Assembly (NCBI GenBank): GCA_963662795.1 | Contig: OY759746.1 | Coordinates: 448,001-512,000, forward strand | Source: Spirochaetia bacterium | GTDB lineage: Bacteria; Spirochaetota; Spirochaetia; CADAEX01 | Direction: 5' to 3' | DNA length: 64,000 bases | Part shown: piece after piece, positions 1 to 9,428 of the stretch | Numbering within the stretch: the first letter of the stretch is position 1 | Layout of the letters: the number at the start of each line of letters is the position of its first letter | The notes under the pieces: model-generated | Told to the model about the DNA's origin: nothing | The model's input: the letters and a program-made list of their open reading frames with translations, nothing else | Databases searched by the model: none | Made by a program: the position numbers and the translations under genes

Positions 1-716
1 TGGATTTTGGAAGCCGGCAGCTTCGTAATGTCCTCAGACGGGAAGGACATAAGATCAACCGCAAGCGAGTCCAAAGACTTATGCGTATTATGGGTATACA
101 GACGCTTTATCCCGGCAAAAACTTATCTAAACCAGGAATCGGTTCAGAACATAAAATATATCCCTACCTTTTACGAAAGCTGAAGATTTCCAGACCAAAC
201 CAGGTATGGTCAACCGGCATTACATATATTCGCTTAGAATACGGTTTTGTATATTTAGCAGCGATTATAGATTGGTATAGTAAAAAAATACTGAACGGGG
301 AACTTTCAACTACTATGGATCAAGAGTTCTGTTTATCAATATATCGACGTGCTGTAAATCTCTGGGGCGTTCCCGAGATTCTTAATTCTGATCAAGGTAG
401 CCAGTTTACTTCAAAGGATTATAGAAAAATGGTTAAAGAATCAGGAGCTAAATTCAGCATGGAGGGTAAGGGACGGCCCCTTGATAATATTGCTATTGAA
501 AGATTTTGGAGAACGCTAAAATATGGAGAAGTCTACTTGAAGGAGTATCAATCGGTAAATGAAGCAAGAACAGGAATAAATACTTATATTGAAAAATATA
601 ACAGTTTCAGACCGCATACGGCTCAAGGAATTCAGACCCCGGATGAAGTCTATCGAATGGCGGCATAAATCAAATTAAAAAAGTTGATTTATTGTCTTGA
701 CGATGGGTCCACTATA
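1..716 (+). mobile_element. IS3-family element, right part (5' end outside window)
   Basis: rve-type OrfB; right end TGTCTTGACGATGGGTCCACTATA ending at 716, same end style as the IS3 at 28250-29529. Confidence 0.85.
81..668 (+). CDS. IS3-family transposase OrfB, partial and probably degenerate (first DDE Asp appears as Gly: WSTGITYI)
   Basis: PNQVWSTGITYI, IIDWYS, NSDQGSQFTS, DNIAIERFWRTLKY motifs. Confidence 0.9.
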   Translation: MRIMGIQTLYPGKNLSKPGIGSEHKIYPYLLRKLKISRPNQVWSTGITYIRLEYGFVYLAAIIDWYSKKILNGELSTTMDQEFCLSIYRRAVNLWGVPEILNSDQGSQFTSKDYRKMVKESGAKFSMEGKGRPLDNIAIERFWRTLKYGEVYLKEYQSVNEARTGINTYIEKYNSFRPHTAQGIQTPDEVYRMAA

Positions 717-799
717 CTGGGCAACAACAGAAGAGGATGTTAAGAAATCAGTTAAATCAATTATTTTAGCAAGAGAGAATGTAAGAAAAAAACTTCTAA
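717..799 (+). pseudogene. 3' remnant of a gene, probably a PLP-dependent decarboxylase, truncated by IS3
   Basis: Reads WATTEEDVKKSVKSIILARE, resembling the C-terminus of group II PLP decarboxylases; runs into the attC-like site. Confidence 0.4.
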
Positions 800-829
800 C
801 ACATATAAGGCCCGGGATGTCAAGGAGAA

Positions 830-1265
830 GTTAAAAGACAAAAAATTAACGGCGGCTATCCAGGAAAAGGAGCCTGCAGCAAAGAGCACAGATAAAGTCC
901 ATTTTGTTTAAAAAACGTTGTTTGAATCGTAATTCACCGGATAGTGCAATCTGGTAAACGCAGTTTGCACCAAACACATATCGACGGTCATGCAAAAACA
1001 TGTCGTAGAATCACATCGTTACCCGGATTCCGCCTGATGCAATTGAATGGATTCAAGATCCAGTTAGGTCCGCAGGTCAGACCGGGACAAACTACGAATA
1101 TAAACAAAACAAATCACATATAAAAAAGGACCGGAATATCAGTCTAATCAACACGCAGGGAATCGCGGTTTAATAAGCAGGATACGGGAAAACAGTCTTG
1201 CTGTAGTTGTAAGGTGTATCTTAATGTGAGCTTACCGCATGGTGTTCCAGTTAGGTGACAGGCTC
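830..1265 (-). ncRNA. Candidate bridge/seek RNA region of the IS1111-type element
   Basis: Long non-coding region downstream of the transposase; two copies of CCTG-N2-4-ACCTAACTGGA on the minus strand (~1059-1077 and ~1246-1262). Boundaries approximate. Confidence 0.55.
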
Positions 1266-2315
1266 TGATATTCCGTCCTGGAAAAACTTGTTAAAGCTGA
1301 ACGGTTGTGAACGTCTTAGCATGTAATAAACGACACGGCCAAGTTTTTGAGCAATTATGGATAATGCTTTTGACTTGCCATATTTGTTGACCATTTTCTG
1401 ATGAAGTTTTTTAGCAGGTTCATTTTCACGCAGGAATAATACTGCTGCTTCACTGAATGCCCACTTCAGATGAGAGTTGCCAATTTTGTTGTTTCCACCC
1501 TTCATGCGTTTACCTGCAGATTCATGGGAACATTTGACAAGGCGGCTGTATGAGATAAAGTTCCCAACATCAGGGAATCGGTTGATATTCTGAATTTCGT
1601 AAAGAATGACTAAAGAGAGTATTTCCCCGATACCAGGAATACTTTTCAAAAGATGCAGAGACACCGGATCATGATATTTTGCCTGTCGTTTGATTTCGGC
1701 TTCCAGGTCAAGTATCAGCCTATGGAAAGCATCAGCGAGAAACATGTCGGCTTGTATATTTTTTTGAGCTAAAGGATTACTGAACTGTTCTGGAAGGGTT
1801 TCCCGATATGAAGAGCTTCGAAGCCGTTTTTCAAGCGGGGTAAAATTGTACTGCGAATTGGTATTCTGGATGTGAACAAACAGTTCCGCCTGATGTCGGA
1901 CAAAGTATTCCCGTCTTCGCAGAAGATCTCGGGTTGCCCGCATTTCTTTTGGATAGACATACGCCTCAGGGAACATCCCGCCCCTGAGCATAGAGGCAAT
2001 TTTTTCTGAATCGATACGGTCATTTTTTGTTTTGCCGCCGTGAATTGCTTTCATGTATAAAGCATGTCCAAGAACGAATGGAATTGCCTGTTCCGTACAA
2101 AAATCAGCAATCCAATACCATGTGAATATGCATTCGACACCAATGACGATGTCTTTTCCGTAAGGGGAAATTGCATTGAGCAGCTGCTGAGGATTTGAAG
2201 GTACATTTTTATGCAGGAGAATCAATCCCTGATTGTCGATTACACAGATGTACATAGTTCTTGCATGCAGATCAATCCCAATGTAGAATTGATGCAGTTC
2301 TTTATAGAATCTCAT
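1251..2315 (-). CDS. IS110-family DEDD recombinase/transposase, apparently intact
   Basis: YIGIDLH, VGVE-like IGVEC, KTKNDRIDS, SIPGIG, HESAGK, GNSHLKWAF motifs. Confidence 0.95.
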   Translation of the reverse strand: MRFYKELHQFYIGIDLHARTMYICVIDNQGLILLHKNVPSNPQQLLNAISPYGKDIVIGVECIFTWYWIADFCTEQAIPFVLGHALYMKAIHGGKTKNDRIDSEKIASMLRGGMFPEAYVYPKEMRATRDLLRRREYFVRHQAELFVHIQNTNSQYNFTPLEKRLRSSSYRETLPEQFSNPLAQKNIQADMFLADAFHRLILDLEAEIKRQAKYHDPVSLHLLKSIPGIGEILSLVILYEIQNINRFPDVGNFISYSRLVKCSHESAGKRMKGGNNKIGNSHLKWAFSEAAVLFLRENEPAKKLHQKMVNKYGKSKALSIIAQKLGRVVYYMLRRSQPFSFNKFFQDGISEPVT

Positions 2316-2477
2316 AAAGGTTCCTCCATGGTTTGTATTTGATGGTCAGTGGTAGTTTACCACGTTTTCAATCGAGGACCTTTATGAGTATCAATTGTTT
2401 CAATAGCGACAATGCTATGCTCATATACATTCACGTAAAAAACATGCACCAATTTAAGTGTTGCGAGTTAAACAAAT

Positions 2478-2506
2478 TGTACAGGTAGAGTAATTACCTG
2501 AGAATT
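2478..2506 (+). repeat. 29-bp module TGTACARGTAGAGTAATTACCTGASAATT, copy 1
   Basis: 27/29 identical to 9808-9836; partial copy at 8058-8074. Confidence 0.85.
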
Positions 2507-2511
2507 TAAGA

Positions 2512-2551
2512 AGTCCGGCCTTGGCTCCGCGCCGTACGGCCTGGACAAGAA
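2512..2551. repeat. GC-rich hairpin repeat, copy 1
   Basis: AGTCCGGCCTTGGC...GCCGTACGGCCTGGACAAGAA, similar to 3512-3549. Confidence 0.8.
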
Positions 2552-2617
2552 AGTATCAATTTAAAATTGTTAATTTATTACAGTAGAAGCATTTTAAATT
2601 ATGCTGAAGAGGAGAAT

Positions 2618-3070
2618 ATGAATAAAGAATATATAAAACGAAAAATAGCACCTTGTGGATTGAATTGCAGTAAATGCTTTGCTTTCAAGACTGGCGATAT
2701 TGCTCAGTCAAGTCAGAAATTAAAAGAAGCTCTAGGAGATTTTGATAATTATGCAAAAAGATTTATTAATCTTCTTGATGAAAGGGTATTTATTAAATAC
2801 CCGGATTTTAAGGAAATGCTTCACTATTTTTCTATGCCTAAATGTAATGGATGTAGAATAGAGAAATGCAAATTATTTAAAGATTGTAAAGTAAGAGAAT
2901 GTACAAAAATACAGAAAGTTGATTATTGTTTTGAATGTAATGAATTCCCTTGTAAACATACCGGATTTGATAAAAATCTATATGATCGATTTGTAAAAAT
3001 AAATAATCGATTAAAAGAAATAGGGGCTATAAATTATTACGAGGAAATTAAAGATCAATCAAGATATTAA
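2618..3070 (+). CDS. DUF3795-like Cys-rich protein
   Basis: APCGLNCSKC, CNGCR, CKVREC, YCFECNEFPC; GAGGAG RBS before ATG 2618. Confidence 0.8.
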   Translation: MNKEYIKRKIAPCGLNCSKCFAFKTGDIAQSSQKLKEALGDFDNYAKRFINLLDERVFIKYPDFKEMLHYFSMPKCNGCRIEKCKLFKDCKVRECTKIQKVDYCFECNEFPCKHTGFDKNLYDRFVKINNRLKEIGAINYYEEIKDQSRY

Positions 3071-3217
3071 ATAATTTTTTTAGCTATGAAAACAATCAAA
3101 GAATAATGTAATTCCAATAGTAAAGAACATAAAGAAAAATAAGGGGTTATTTAAGATTAAAGTTAAGATTGACTATTCAGATGTCTAAGATTATTTTTCA
3201 AAGACAAGGAGATAAAT

Positions 3218-3475
3218 ATGGCTAAAAATCAGATAAAAATCTCCAGTGGATTAGTTCATGAATTACCAAATGATTTAAAAGAAGCTTTAATTTCAGATCC
3301 AAAAGTTTTGGGAAAATGGAATAAGCTAACAGCAATAGCCCGTAATGAATGGATATGTTGGACAATATCAGTCAAAAAAGAAGAAACGCGAGTTAACCAT
3401 ATAAAAAGAGTTTGTTCTGAATTGAAAGAAGGAAAGAAAAGACCTTGTTGTTGGCCTGGTTGTCCTCATAGGTAA
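3218..3475 (+). CDS. YdeI/OmpD-associated family protein
   Basis: LPNDL..AL, ARNEWICW, KKEETR, RPCCWPGCPHR; AGGAG RBS. Confidence 0.8.
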   Translation: MAKNQIKISSGLVHELPNDLKEALISDPKVLGKWNKLTAIARNEWICWTISVKKEETRVNHIKRVCSELKEGKKRPCCWPGCPHR

Positions 3476-3511
3476 AATATAAGAATAGAAAAAATACTTT
3501 CTATTTGGAAG

Positions 3512-3549
3512 AGTCCAGCCTTGGCGTTGCCGTGCGGCTTGGACAAGAA
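3512..3549. repeat. GC-rich hairpin repeat, copy 2
   Basis: AGTCCAGCCTTGGC...GCCGTGCGGCTTGGACAAGAA. Confidence 0.8.
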
Positions 3550-3563
3550 GCGATGATACTGGT

Positions 3564-3722
3564 GGATAACAGCGGGTAAGAAGCTACGCTCGGAGTACCT
3601 CGCTTGGGCTTCGCCATATTTTGCTTTCAAACAACCAGAATAATTCTTGTTATGTTCTTTTTAAGTTTCAAAAAATGACAAGCGAGTATTATAGTTTTAG
3701 CCGCAAAACATCTTTTACCCGC
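3564..3722 (+). repeat. Long attC-like site, 3' end cut by an IS3-type element
   Basis: ATAAC followed by GCGGGTAA (3572-3579) pairing with TTACCCGC (3715-3722); downstream of a small gene; R' box missing. Confidence 0.45.
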
Positions 3723-3762
3723 GGAATATGTCAACATAGATGAAGAATGATCTTTGAAATAA

Positions 3763-4839
3763 TTAAGCGGCGGTAGCCCCTTTTTGAGACTTACTCTTAA
3801 TCATAGTATCAGCAGATGGATTCAAGTATACAACATGCTCTTTGGGCAGCATTTTAACATGTTTACTCCATCTCAAAGGATTCTTTTTGTATGCCTTCAT
3901 CATAGTTTTATTTCGTTTTGTCGCGATCTCTTTGTATTCGCCATTTCTCATCTGTATGGGTGTAATAAAGTTTATTCCTGAGTGACTATGACTGGTATTA
4001 TAGAAATCAACAAATGTCGAAAACCATGTTCTTGCCTCTGAAAGTATTTTGAACTTGCCAGGATACGAAACATGATATTTTAAGGTTTTAAACCATGATT
4101 CAATGAATGGATTGTCATCACTGACTCTTGGCCTGGAATAACTATTACAAATACCAAGATCATAGAATAGAGCCAGTAATGAGATACCTTTCATGGGATT
4201 TCCATTATCAGAATGAACAAAGACATCAGCATAGTTGTTTTCCTTCAGGGCGGCATCAAAAAGTTCTTCTGATAGAGAATCATCCTCTCTATCATGAATA
4301 GCCCATTTGACGATGCTTCTATCCCAGATATCAATGATGACATATGCGTAGTAGAAGAGGCCTCTGACATTTGTTGGCAACCAGGTTATATCCCAGCACC
4401 AAACCTGATTAGGTCCAGCTGCGACTCTTTCTGGTGGCTTATTATGACTTGTCCCAGGCCTCGTGTTTCCTCGATGATGAATAAGTCTGTTTTTCTTTAA
4501 TACTCTATAAAAGGAGCTAACACTGGCAATATAAATGCCTTTACTAAGAAGAGATGCATGAATTTTGTATGGATTATCATCCTTATATTCAATGCTGCAA
4601 CTAATTTCGATAATTTTGGCCTCTTCTTCTTTTGATAATTTTCTGGCCACTACTTTTGAACAGTCCTTGCGATTATCAGAAAGATTACCACGTCGCCATC
4701 TTTCAAAAGTGCTGGTTGAAATTTCAAGAGCTTCACAAGCTTTATGAATTCGGGCTCCTGCAGCAGATGCTTCTTTTATCAATTTAACTGCTTCCTGCCG
4801 CATATCCATCGGAATCAGTCGTCCTCTTCGTCCCCCCAA
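3763..4839 (-). CDS. IS3-family transposase OrfB (likely made by -1 frameshift at A9, 4851-4859)
   Basis: PNQVWCWDITWL, HSDNG, RVSDDNPFIESWFKTLKY. Confidence 0.9.
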   Translation of the reverse strand: MGGRRGRLIPMDMRQEAVKLIKEASAAGARIHKACEALEISTSTFERWRRGNLSDNRKDCSKVVARKLSKEEEAKIIEISCSIEYKDDNPYKIHASLLSKGIYIASVSSFYRVLKKNRLIHHRGNTRPGTSHNKPPERVAAGPNQVWCWDITWLPTNVRGLFYYAYVIIDIWDRSIVKWAIHDREDDSLSEELFDAALKENNYADVFVHSDNGNPMKGISLLALFYDLGICNSYSRPRVSDDNPFIESWFKTLKYHVSYPGKFKILSEARTWFSTFVDFYNTSHSHSGINFITPIQMRNGEYKEIATKRNKTMMKAYKKNPLRWSKHVKMLPKEHVVYLNPSADTMIKSKSQKGATAA

Positions 4840-5297
4840 AGAGCTTCTGCTTTTTTTTTAAGAGTATAGAGTGCAGCCATTTCAGCAAGAGCTTTTTCTT
4901 TTTTATTCAGCTCTTTTTGCAGTCGTTTATTTTCTTTCTGGAGATTTTTGATTTTCTGTTTTTCTTTGTGACCTTTATCTTCTACCATGTCTCGCAGTTC
5001 CTGTTTATATTGAGTGATATGTTCAGTGTGCAGACCTTTTTCACGAAGCCATTTCCCCTGATCCTCATTTTTAACAGAACCGGATTCTATAACCAGATTC
5101 AATTTTTCTCGAGGTGACCGACCGGCACTACTTACAGTATTCAGACTATCAAGTGTACCTTCTTTTGCTTTATTCAACCAGTTCCGTAATGTCTAATCAG
5201 AGACTCCAGATTCAATTGCTATCACATAAGCGGATTTTCCATCTGATTCGAGTACTTTTCTTACTGTTGATTCTTTAAATCCTAAACTGTATCTCAT
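4815..5297 (-). pseudogene. IS3-type OrfA with premature TAG
   Basis: CAG in copy 2 is TAG at 5193-5195 here. Confidence 0.85.
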
Positions 5298-5343
5298 AAT
5301 TGAAACCTCCATATTGGTGCTTCAACTATGTTGACACATAGGG

Positions 5344-5598
5344 AGAACTGGGATCAAACTGGTTATATGAATAAGCTGAAAGGAAAAGAAATTCCCATTG
5401 AAGCCAGGATTGTTAAGTCTGGCGGATGTTTATGATGCACTGCGTAATAAACGCTCTTACAAGGATGCTTTTTCACATGAAAAATCAAGGGAAATAATTA
5501 TTTCTGATTCAGGGAAAAAGTTTGATCCTGATATTGTAAGCTGTTTTTTAAAGATAGAAAATAAATTTATGAATATTTCGGAAAGCTTATCGAATTAA
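5344..5598 (+). pseudogene. C-terminal HD-GYP domain remnant, frameshifted and 5'-truncated
   Basis: ENWDQTGY..LKGKEIPIEARIV then, in another frame, LADVYDALRNKRSYK..SGKKFDP. Confidence 0.8.
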
Positions 5599-5742
5599 AA
5601 ACAGCAGCATCACATTAACTCTGATTCTTCATGTACTTTTAGTGGATAAGTTACACATATTTGTATTTCACGTTCCATTGTTTCTCAAATTATCTGAATA
5701 AAGGGAGTGAAGATTTTCTTACTCTGGGTTAACAAGTTCTCC

Positions 5743-5771
5743 TTCCTATATTCATTGCGCGGGTGTAGAAT
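5743..5771 (+). promoter_or_regulatory. Repeated sigma70-like promoter module, copy 1
   Basis: TTCCTA-N17-TAGAAT with GGGTG before the -10; same layout at 8106 and 9380. Confidence 0.5.
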
Positions 5772-6019
5772 TACGTTATTAAGAAGATCTTCTGCTTAAG
5801 TTATTTACATCAAGAGAGTCGTGAGGCCTCCGTCCGGAGTACCATAATATAAATAAAAAAGAGATTTTTTTTAGAGAATTATAGAGTAAAGGAGAAAAAA
5901 ATGAACTCTAAGAAATACCCTTATGTAAATCGCATGAATATTTTATGCGATGCTCTGCAGCTAGTTGATGTGCCAAAGCTGGTGAGAGAATGCACCGACC
6001 AGTGGTACAACCAGACGTT

Positions 6020-7775
6020 GAGGCTGTAGATAAAGTGTAAATTTTCAACAATTGCTTTATATCCAGATATTCCCATGATAAAATTCTATCAGACTGGGAG
6101 ATTACAAAATGGGTAAATACAAAGAGTATTCTTATGAACAAAAAGTGCTGCTGCCGATAGATTTTTCCGAGCAGGTTCTTCCCGGAACCTTTGAACACAC
6201 ACTCAATTTTCTCATTGACCGGGAAATTGATTTAACCATGTTTTATGAAAAACATAAAAATGATGAAAATGGAGCTCCCGCCTACGATCCGGCGATCTTA
6301 CTGAAGATAATTCTTTTTGCTTATTCACGGGGAATTATTTCCAGCAGAAGAATTGCCCGATTATGTCGGGAAAATGTCGTTTGCATGTCCCTCTCCGCAG
6401 ATACCCGGCCGCACTTTAGCACCATAGCTGATTTTATTTCTACGATGGATAAAGAAATCGCTCCCCTGTTTACCCGGATTCTCTCGGTCTGTTACGCCAA
6501 TAACGTCATCGATAAAAACATGTTTGCCATCGACGGCTGCAAGATTTCTTCCAATTGCTCAAAGGAATGGAGCGGAACGAAAAAAGAACTGCTAAAAAAA
6601 GCGGGAAAGATAGAGGAATCTATCAAATACCTGTTGGAAAAACATAAACAGGAAGATAAAAGCCGGTATAGTCAAAGTCAGGAAGAGAAAGAAAAGGCTT
6701 CGATAGAGAAACTGAAAGCTAAATCCCAAAAGATCCATGACTGACTGAACTCAAATGACGATAGAATGGGAAGCCAGGGGAAACCAATAAAAAGCAATAT
6801 TACCGACAATGAAAGCGCGAAGATGTCCACCTCCCATGGAGTTATCCAGGGTTATAACGGAATTGCGGCGGTTGATGAAAAGAACCAATTAATCGTTTGG
6901 GCGGAAGCATTTGGCGACAGCAATGAATCCAAACATTTCCCCGAGATTCTGGATGGAATAAAAAACAATTTTAAATCGATTCAGGCATCGGAAGATATCT
7001 TGAAAGAAACAGTGATTACCGCCGACAGCGGTTTTCATAATGATAATAATATGAAGCTGATTGTGGAAAATAACCTGACAGCCTTTGTCGCGGACAACCA
7101 GTTTCGAAAGAGGGATGTGAGATTTGCATCAGCCCAGAAACATAAACAAAAACCTGTCACGAATTGGGAACCTGCCAAAGGGAAAAAATATTACTCAGTA
7201 GATGATTTTATCTATGATGAAAATACAAAGAAATTAATGTGCCCAGCTGGTTTCGAAATGAAACTGAAGTGCAGGAACTTTCAAAGCTCTGGCTATAGTG
7301 GAACATCCTACATAGGGAGAAAGGAAAACTGCTTAACCTGTCCGCTAAGAAAGAAGTGTATACGTAAAGAGAGCACGGAAGTCAGACAGGTGACCAGGTT
7401 TGATAGTAGTCGGGGAAAAGAAAAGGTCTCATTTACAGAACGAATGAGGAGAGTCTTTGACGCGCCTGAAGGTCGGAGTATCTACAGTAAAAGAATGGGT
7501 ACTGTAGAACCGGTGTTTGGAAATATCCGATCGACACTGGGGTTAAATTATTTTACACTGCGAAGTAAGAATAAGGTAAATGTTCAATGGTTGCTTTTCT
7601 GTATTGTGCATAACATTGGAAAAATACAGAGGTATGCGGAAGCATAGGGGAAAATAGAGGATGAAATGAATCAGGGATTACATTTTGACCTCACAAGACA
7701 ATCTTATGGACTTTATGATCTTGTAGAATGGGAGAAGTAAATGAAGATTGAAAATCGGGGTTTTTCTACAGCCTC
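6020..7775 (+). mobile_element. IS1182-family element
   Basis: IRs GAGGCTGTAGA / TCTACAGCCTC, GTT (or CGTT) target duplication. Confidence 0.9.
6109..7647 (+). pseudogene. IS1182 transposase with in-frame TGA at 6742-6744
   Basis: GAPAYDP, SSRRIA, AIDGCKI, TDNES, QGYN, ADSGF, VEPVFGNI; the two ORFs are in one frame, separated by a single stop (probable TGG>TGA). Confidence 0.9.
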
Positions 7776-8057
7776 GTTATGTAAAGTAAATGAATCGGTT
7801 GTTCGTTTAGGTATTGTCAAAGGTGAATATCATTGGCATAAGCATGATGAAGAAGATGAATTTTTCTTTACCCTAAATGGTGAATTATTGCTCGATATTG
7901 AAGATAAAGGAACTGTTACACTTAAACAATATCAAGGATATGTCGTTCCTAAGGGTATTGTGCATAAAACACGTGCAAAAGAGAAAACCGTGATATTAAT
8001 GATTGAGACAGCTAGCATTATCCCGACTGGTGATGAATAATTTACGTAACTGTTGTT

Positions 8058-8134
8058 TGTTCAAGTAGAGTAATCCCCCTATTCTCTTGCAAAAAGAAAA
8101 ACCCCTTCCCCGCTCCGGAGAATGGGTGTACTAT
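8058..8134 (+). repeat. Partial 29-bp module (8058-8074) followed by promoter module copy 2 (8106-8134)
   Basis: TGTTCAAGTAGAGTAAT; TTCCCC-N17-TACTAT. Confidence 0.6.
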
Positions 8135-8279
8135 TAAATTATTAAAGCCGGCCGAGATGATCACGAAGAAGCTTACTGTTGGCTTGATGTTCTACGCATA
8201 GATTATAAATTTCGGAATTTATTATAATTTAGTGAAAATATAATAATTTTTTTATTAAAGTAATGAACGGGGGTTTATT

Positions 8280-8709
8280 ATGAACAATGGAAATCACAAC
8301 ATACTTTCGATTGATACTACATTGAAAATTAGTAAAATAATTTTTATAATATTTATTTTATTCCATTTAGGAATAGTGATTGGAATTATGATATTTGAAA
8401 TAGTTCCTGTAGACTACTTATGGGGAGGACAATTAAAAAGTAAAAAATGAATTGTTTATTTTTGAATTAATGTCAATTGTAGTTCTGGTACTATGCTTAC
8501 TATTCGTTATAAATTACAAAAATAGATTTTCAAGTAAAATAACCGGCAAGATAATTGCATGGATATTATTAGCTTTATTTTTACTGAATACTGTCGGAAA
8601 TATTTCTGCCAAAACTCTATTTGAAAAAATTACATTTACTCCATTTCCATTGATATTAGCTTTATTAATGTCTAATATTGCAATTGACAAAGATTCCACA
8701 ACAATGTAA
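8280..8709 (+). pseudogene. Small membrane protein, frameshifted in an A6 run near 8442-8447
   Basis: MNNGNH...YLWGGQLKSK from ATG 8280 continues in the +1 frame as ELFIFELMS...LNTVGN. Confidence 0.65.
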
Positions 8710-8906
8710 TTGACATCTGCTTAAATCAGTTAACTATGGATATATTTTTTATTATCACTATGATACTTAGAATATCTCAGGCTTAACTTGTGCATTATGC
8801 TGTTTTTTACCAGCTGAAAATAGTGTAAAAAGAAAACAGCAAAACGGTCTATAACTAATGCGGGACTGGATAATTAAAAGATTTCAGTTAAAAAAGGAAT
8901 AATTGT

Positions 8907-9323
8907 ATGAACATTTTTAAAAAATATACTTCCATAGGACAAGTTATCGTTTATCAAAAAATAGCCTTTGCAGTTATACTATTACTAATATGGCTTGATG
9001 AAATAATTGATATTCCTTATTTACTCTTAGGAGCAGAGCGATCATTAATCAACTGGAGGGAATCATTATTTGAAAGTATATGTATTTCAATTGTCGGTGT
9101 AGTAATAACTCGAATCACAAATAATATCATTCAGAGAATGAAACACCTTGAAGGGATTCTACCCATGTGTGTCTCCTGTAAAAAAATTAAGGATGATAAC
9201 GGCAACTGGCATCAAATTGAATCATATATTCAGAAAAGATCAAATGCAGATGTTAGTCATGGTATTTGTCCAGAATGTGCAGAGAAATTGTATCCCGATA
9301 TTAATCCTTATAAAAATAAATAA
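8907..9323 (+). CDS. 2-TM membrane protein with C-terminal CxxCKKI...SHGICPEC domain
   Basis: Two hydrophobic segments, then LEGILPMCVSCKKIKD...SHGICPEC. Confidence 0.8.
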   Translation: MNIFKKYTSIGQVIVYQKIAFAVILLLIWLDEIIDIPYLLLGAERSLINWRESLFESICISIVGVVITRITNNIIQRMKHLEGILPMCVSCKKIKDDNGNWHQIESYIQKRSNADVSHGICPECAEKLYPDINPYKNK

Positions 9324-9379
9324 CTCCATACTCCACAGTTATGCTCTTCTCTCCCACTGGGAGAAGGATGAAAATCTCC

Positions 9380-9408
9380 TTCCTCACGCGTAGGAACGGG
9401 TGTAGAAT
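9380..9408 (+). promoter_or_regulatory. Repeated sigma70-like promoter module, copy 3
   Basis: TTCCTC-N17-TAGAAT. Confidence 0.5.
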
Positions 9409-9428
9409 AGTGATTAGTTAAGAAAATT

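Larger units (their letters stand above)
802..2393 (-). mobile_element. IS110 family (IS1111-type) element
   Basis: IS110 recombinase ORF, short upstream end, ~450 bp downstream non-coding end, imperfect subterminal IRs (CATATAAGGCCC 802-813; GGACCTTTATG 2376-2386), CA core at 800-801 and 2392-2393. Confidence 0.85.
794..2482 (+). repeat. attC-like hairpin site split by the IS110 element (parts 794-801 and 2394-2482)
   Basis: Reconstructed TTCTAACAATTGTTTTCAATAGCGACAATGCT...AGTGTTGCGAGTTAAACAAATTG forms an imperfect hairpin with bulged bases and a TAAC R''-like box; R' box is degenerate. Confidence 0.55.
3723..5343 (-). mobile_element. IS3-type element copy 1 (orfA inactivated by nonsense mutation)
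   Basis: IRs TGTCAACATAGATGAAG / CTTCAACTATGTTGACA; near-identical to 26528-28148. Confidence 0.9.
5901..8040 (+). pseudogene. Cupin-domain gene split by IS1182 (5901-6019 joined to 7779-8040)
   Basis: Removing the IS restores MNSKKYPY...CTDQWYNQTLCKVNESVVRLGIVKGEYHWHKH in one frame; AAGGAG RBS. Confidence 0.9.

Noticed and set aside
6742-6744. In-frame TGA as alternative genetic code or selenocysteine
   Set aside because: TGA ends many normal genes here and Trp is TGG elsewhere; a point mutation in a decaying IS is simpler.
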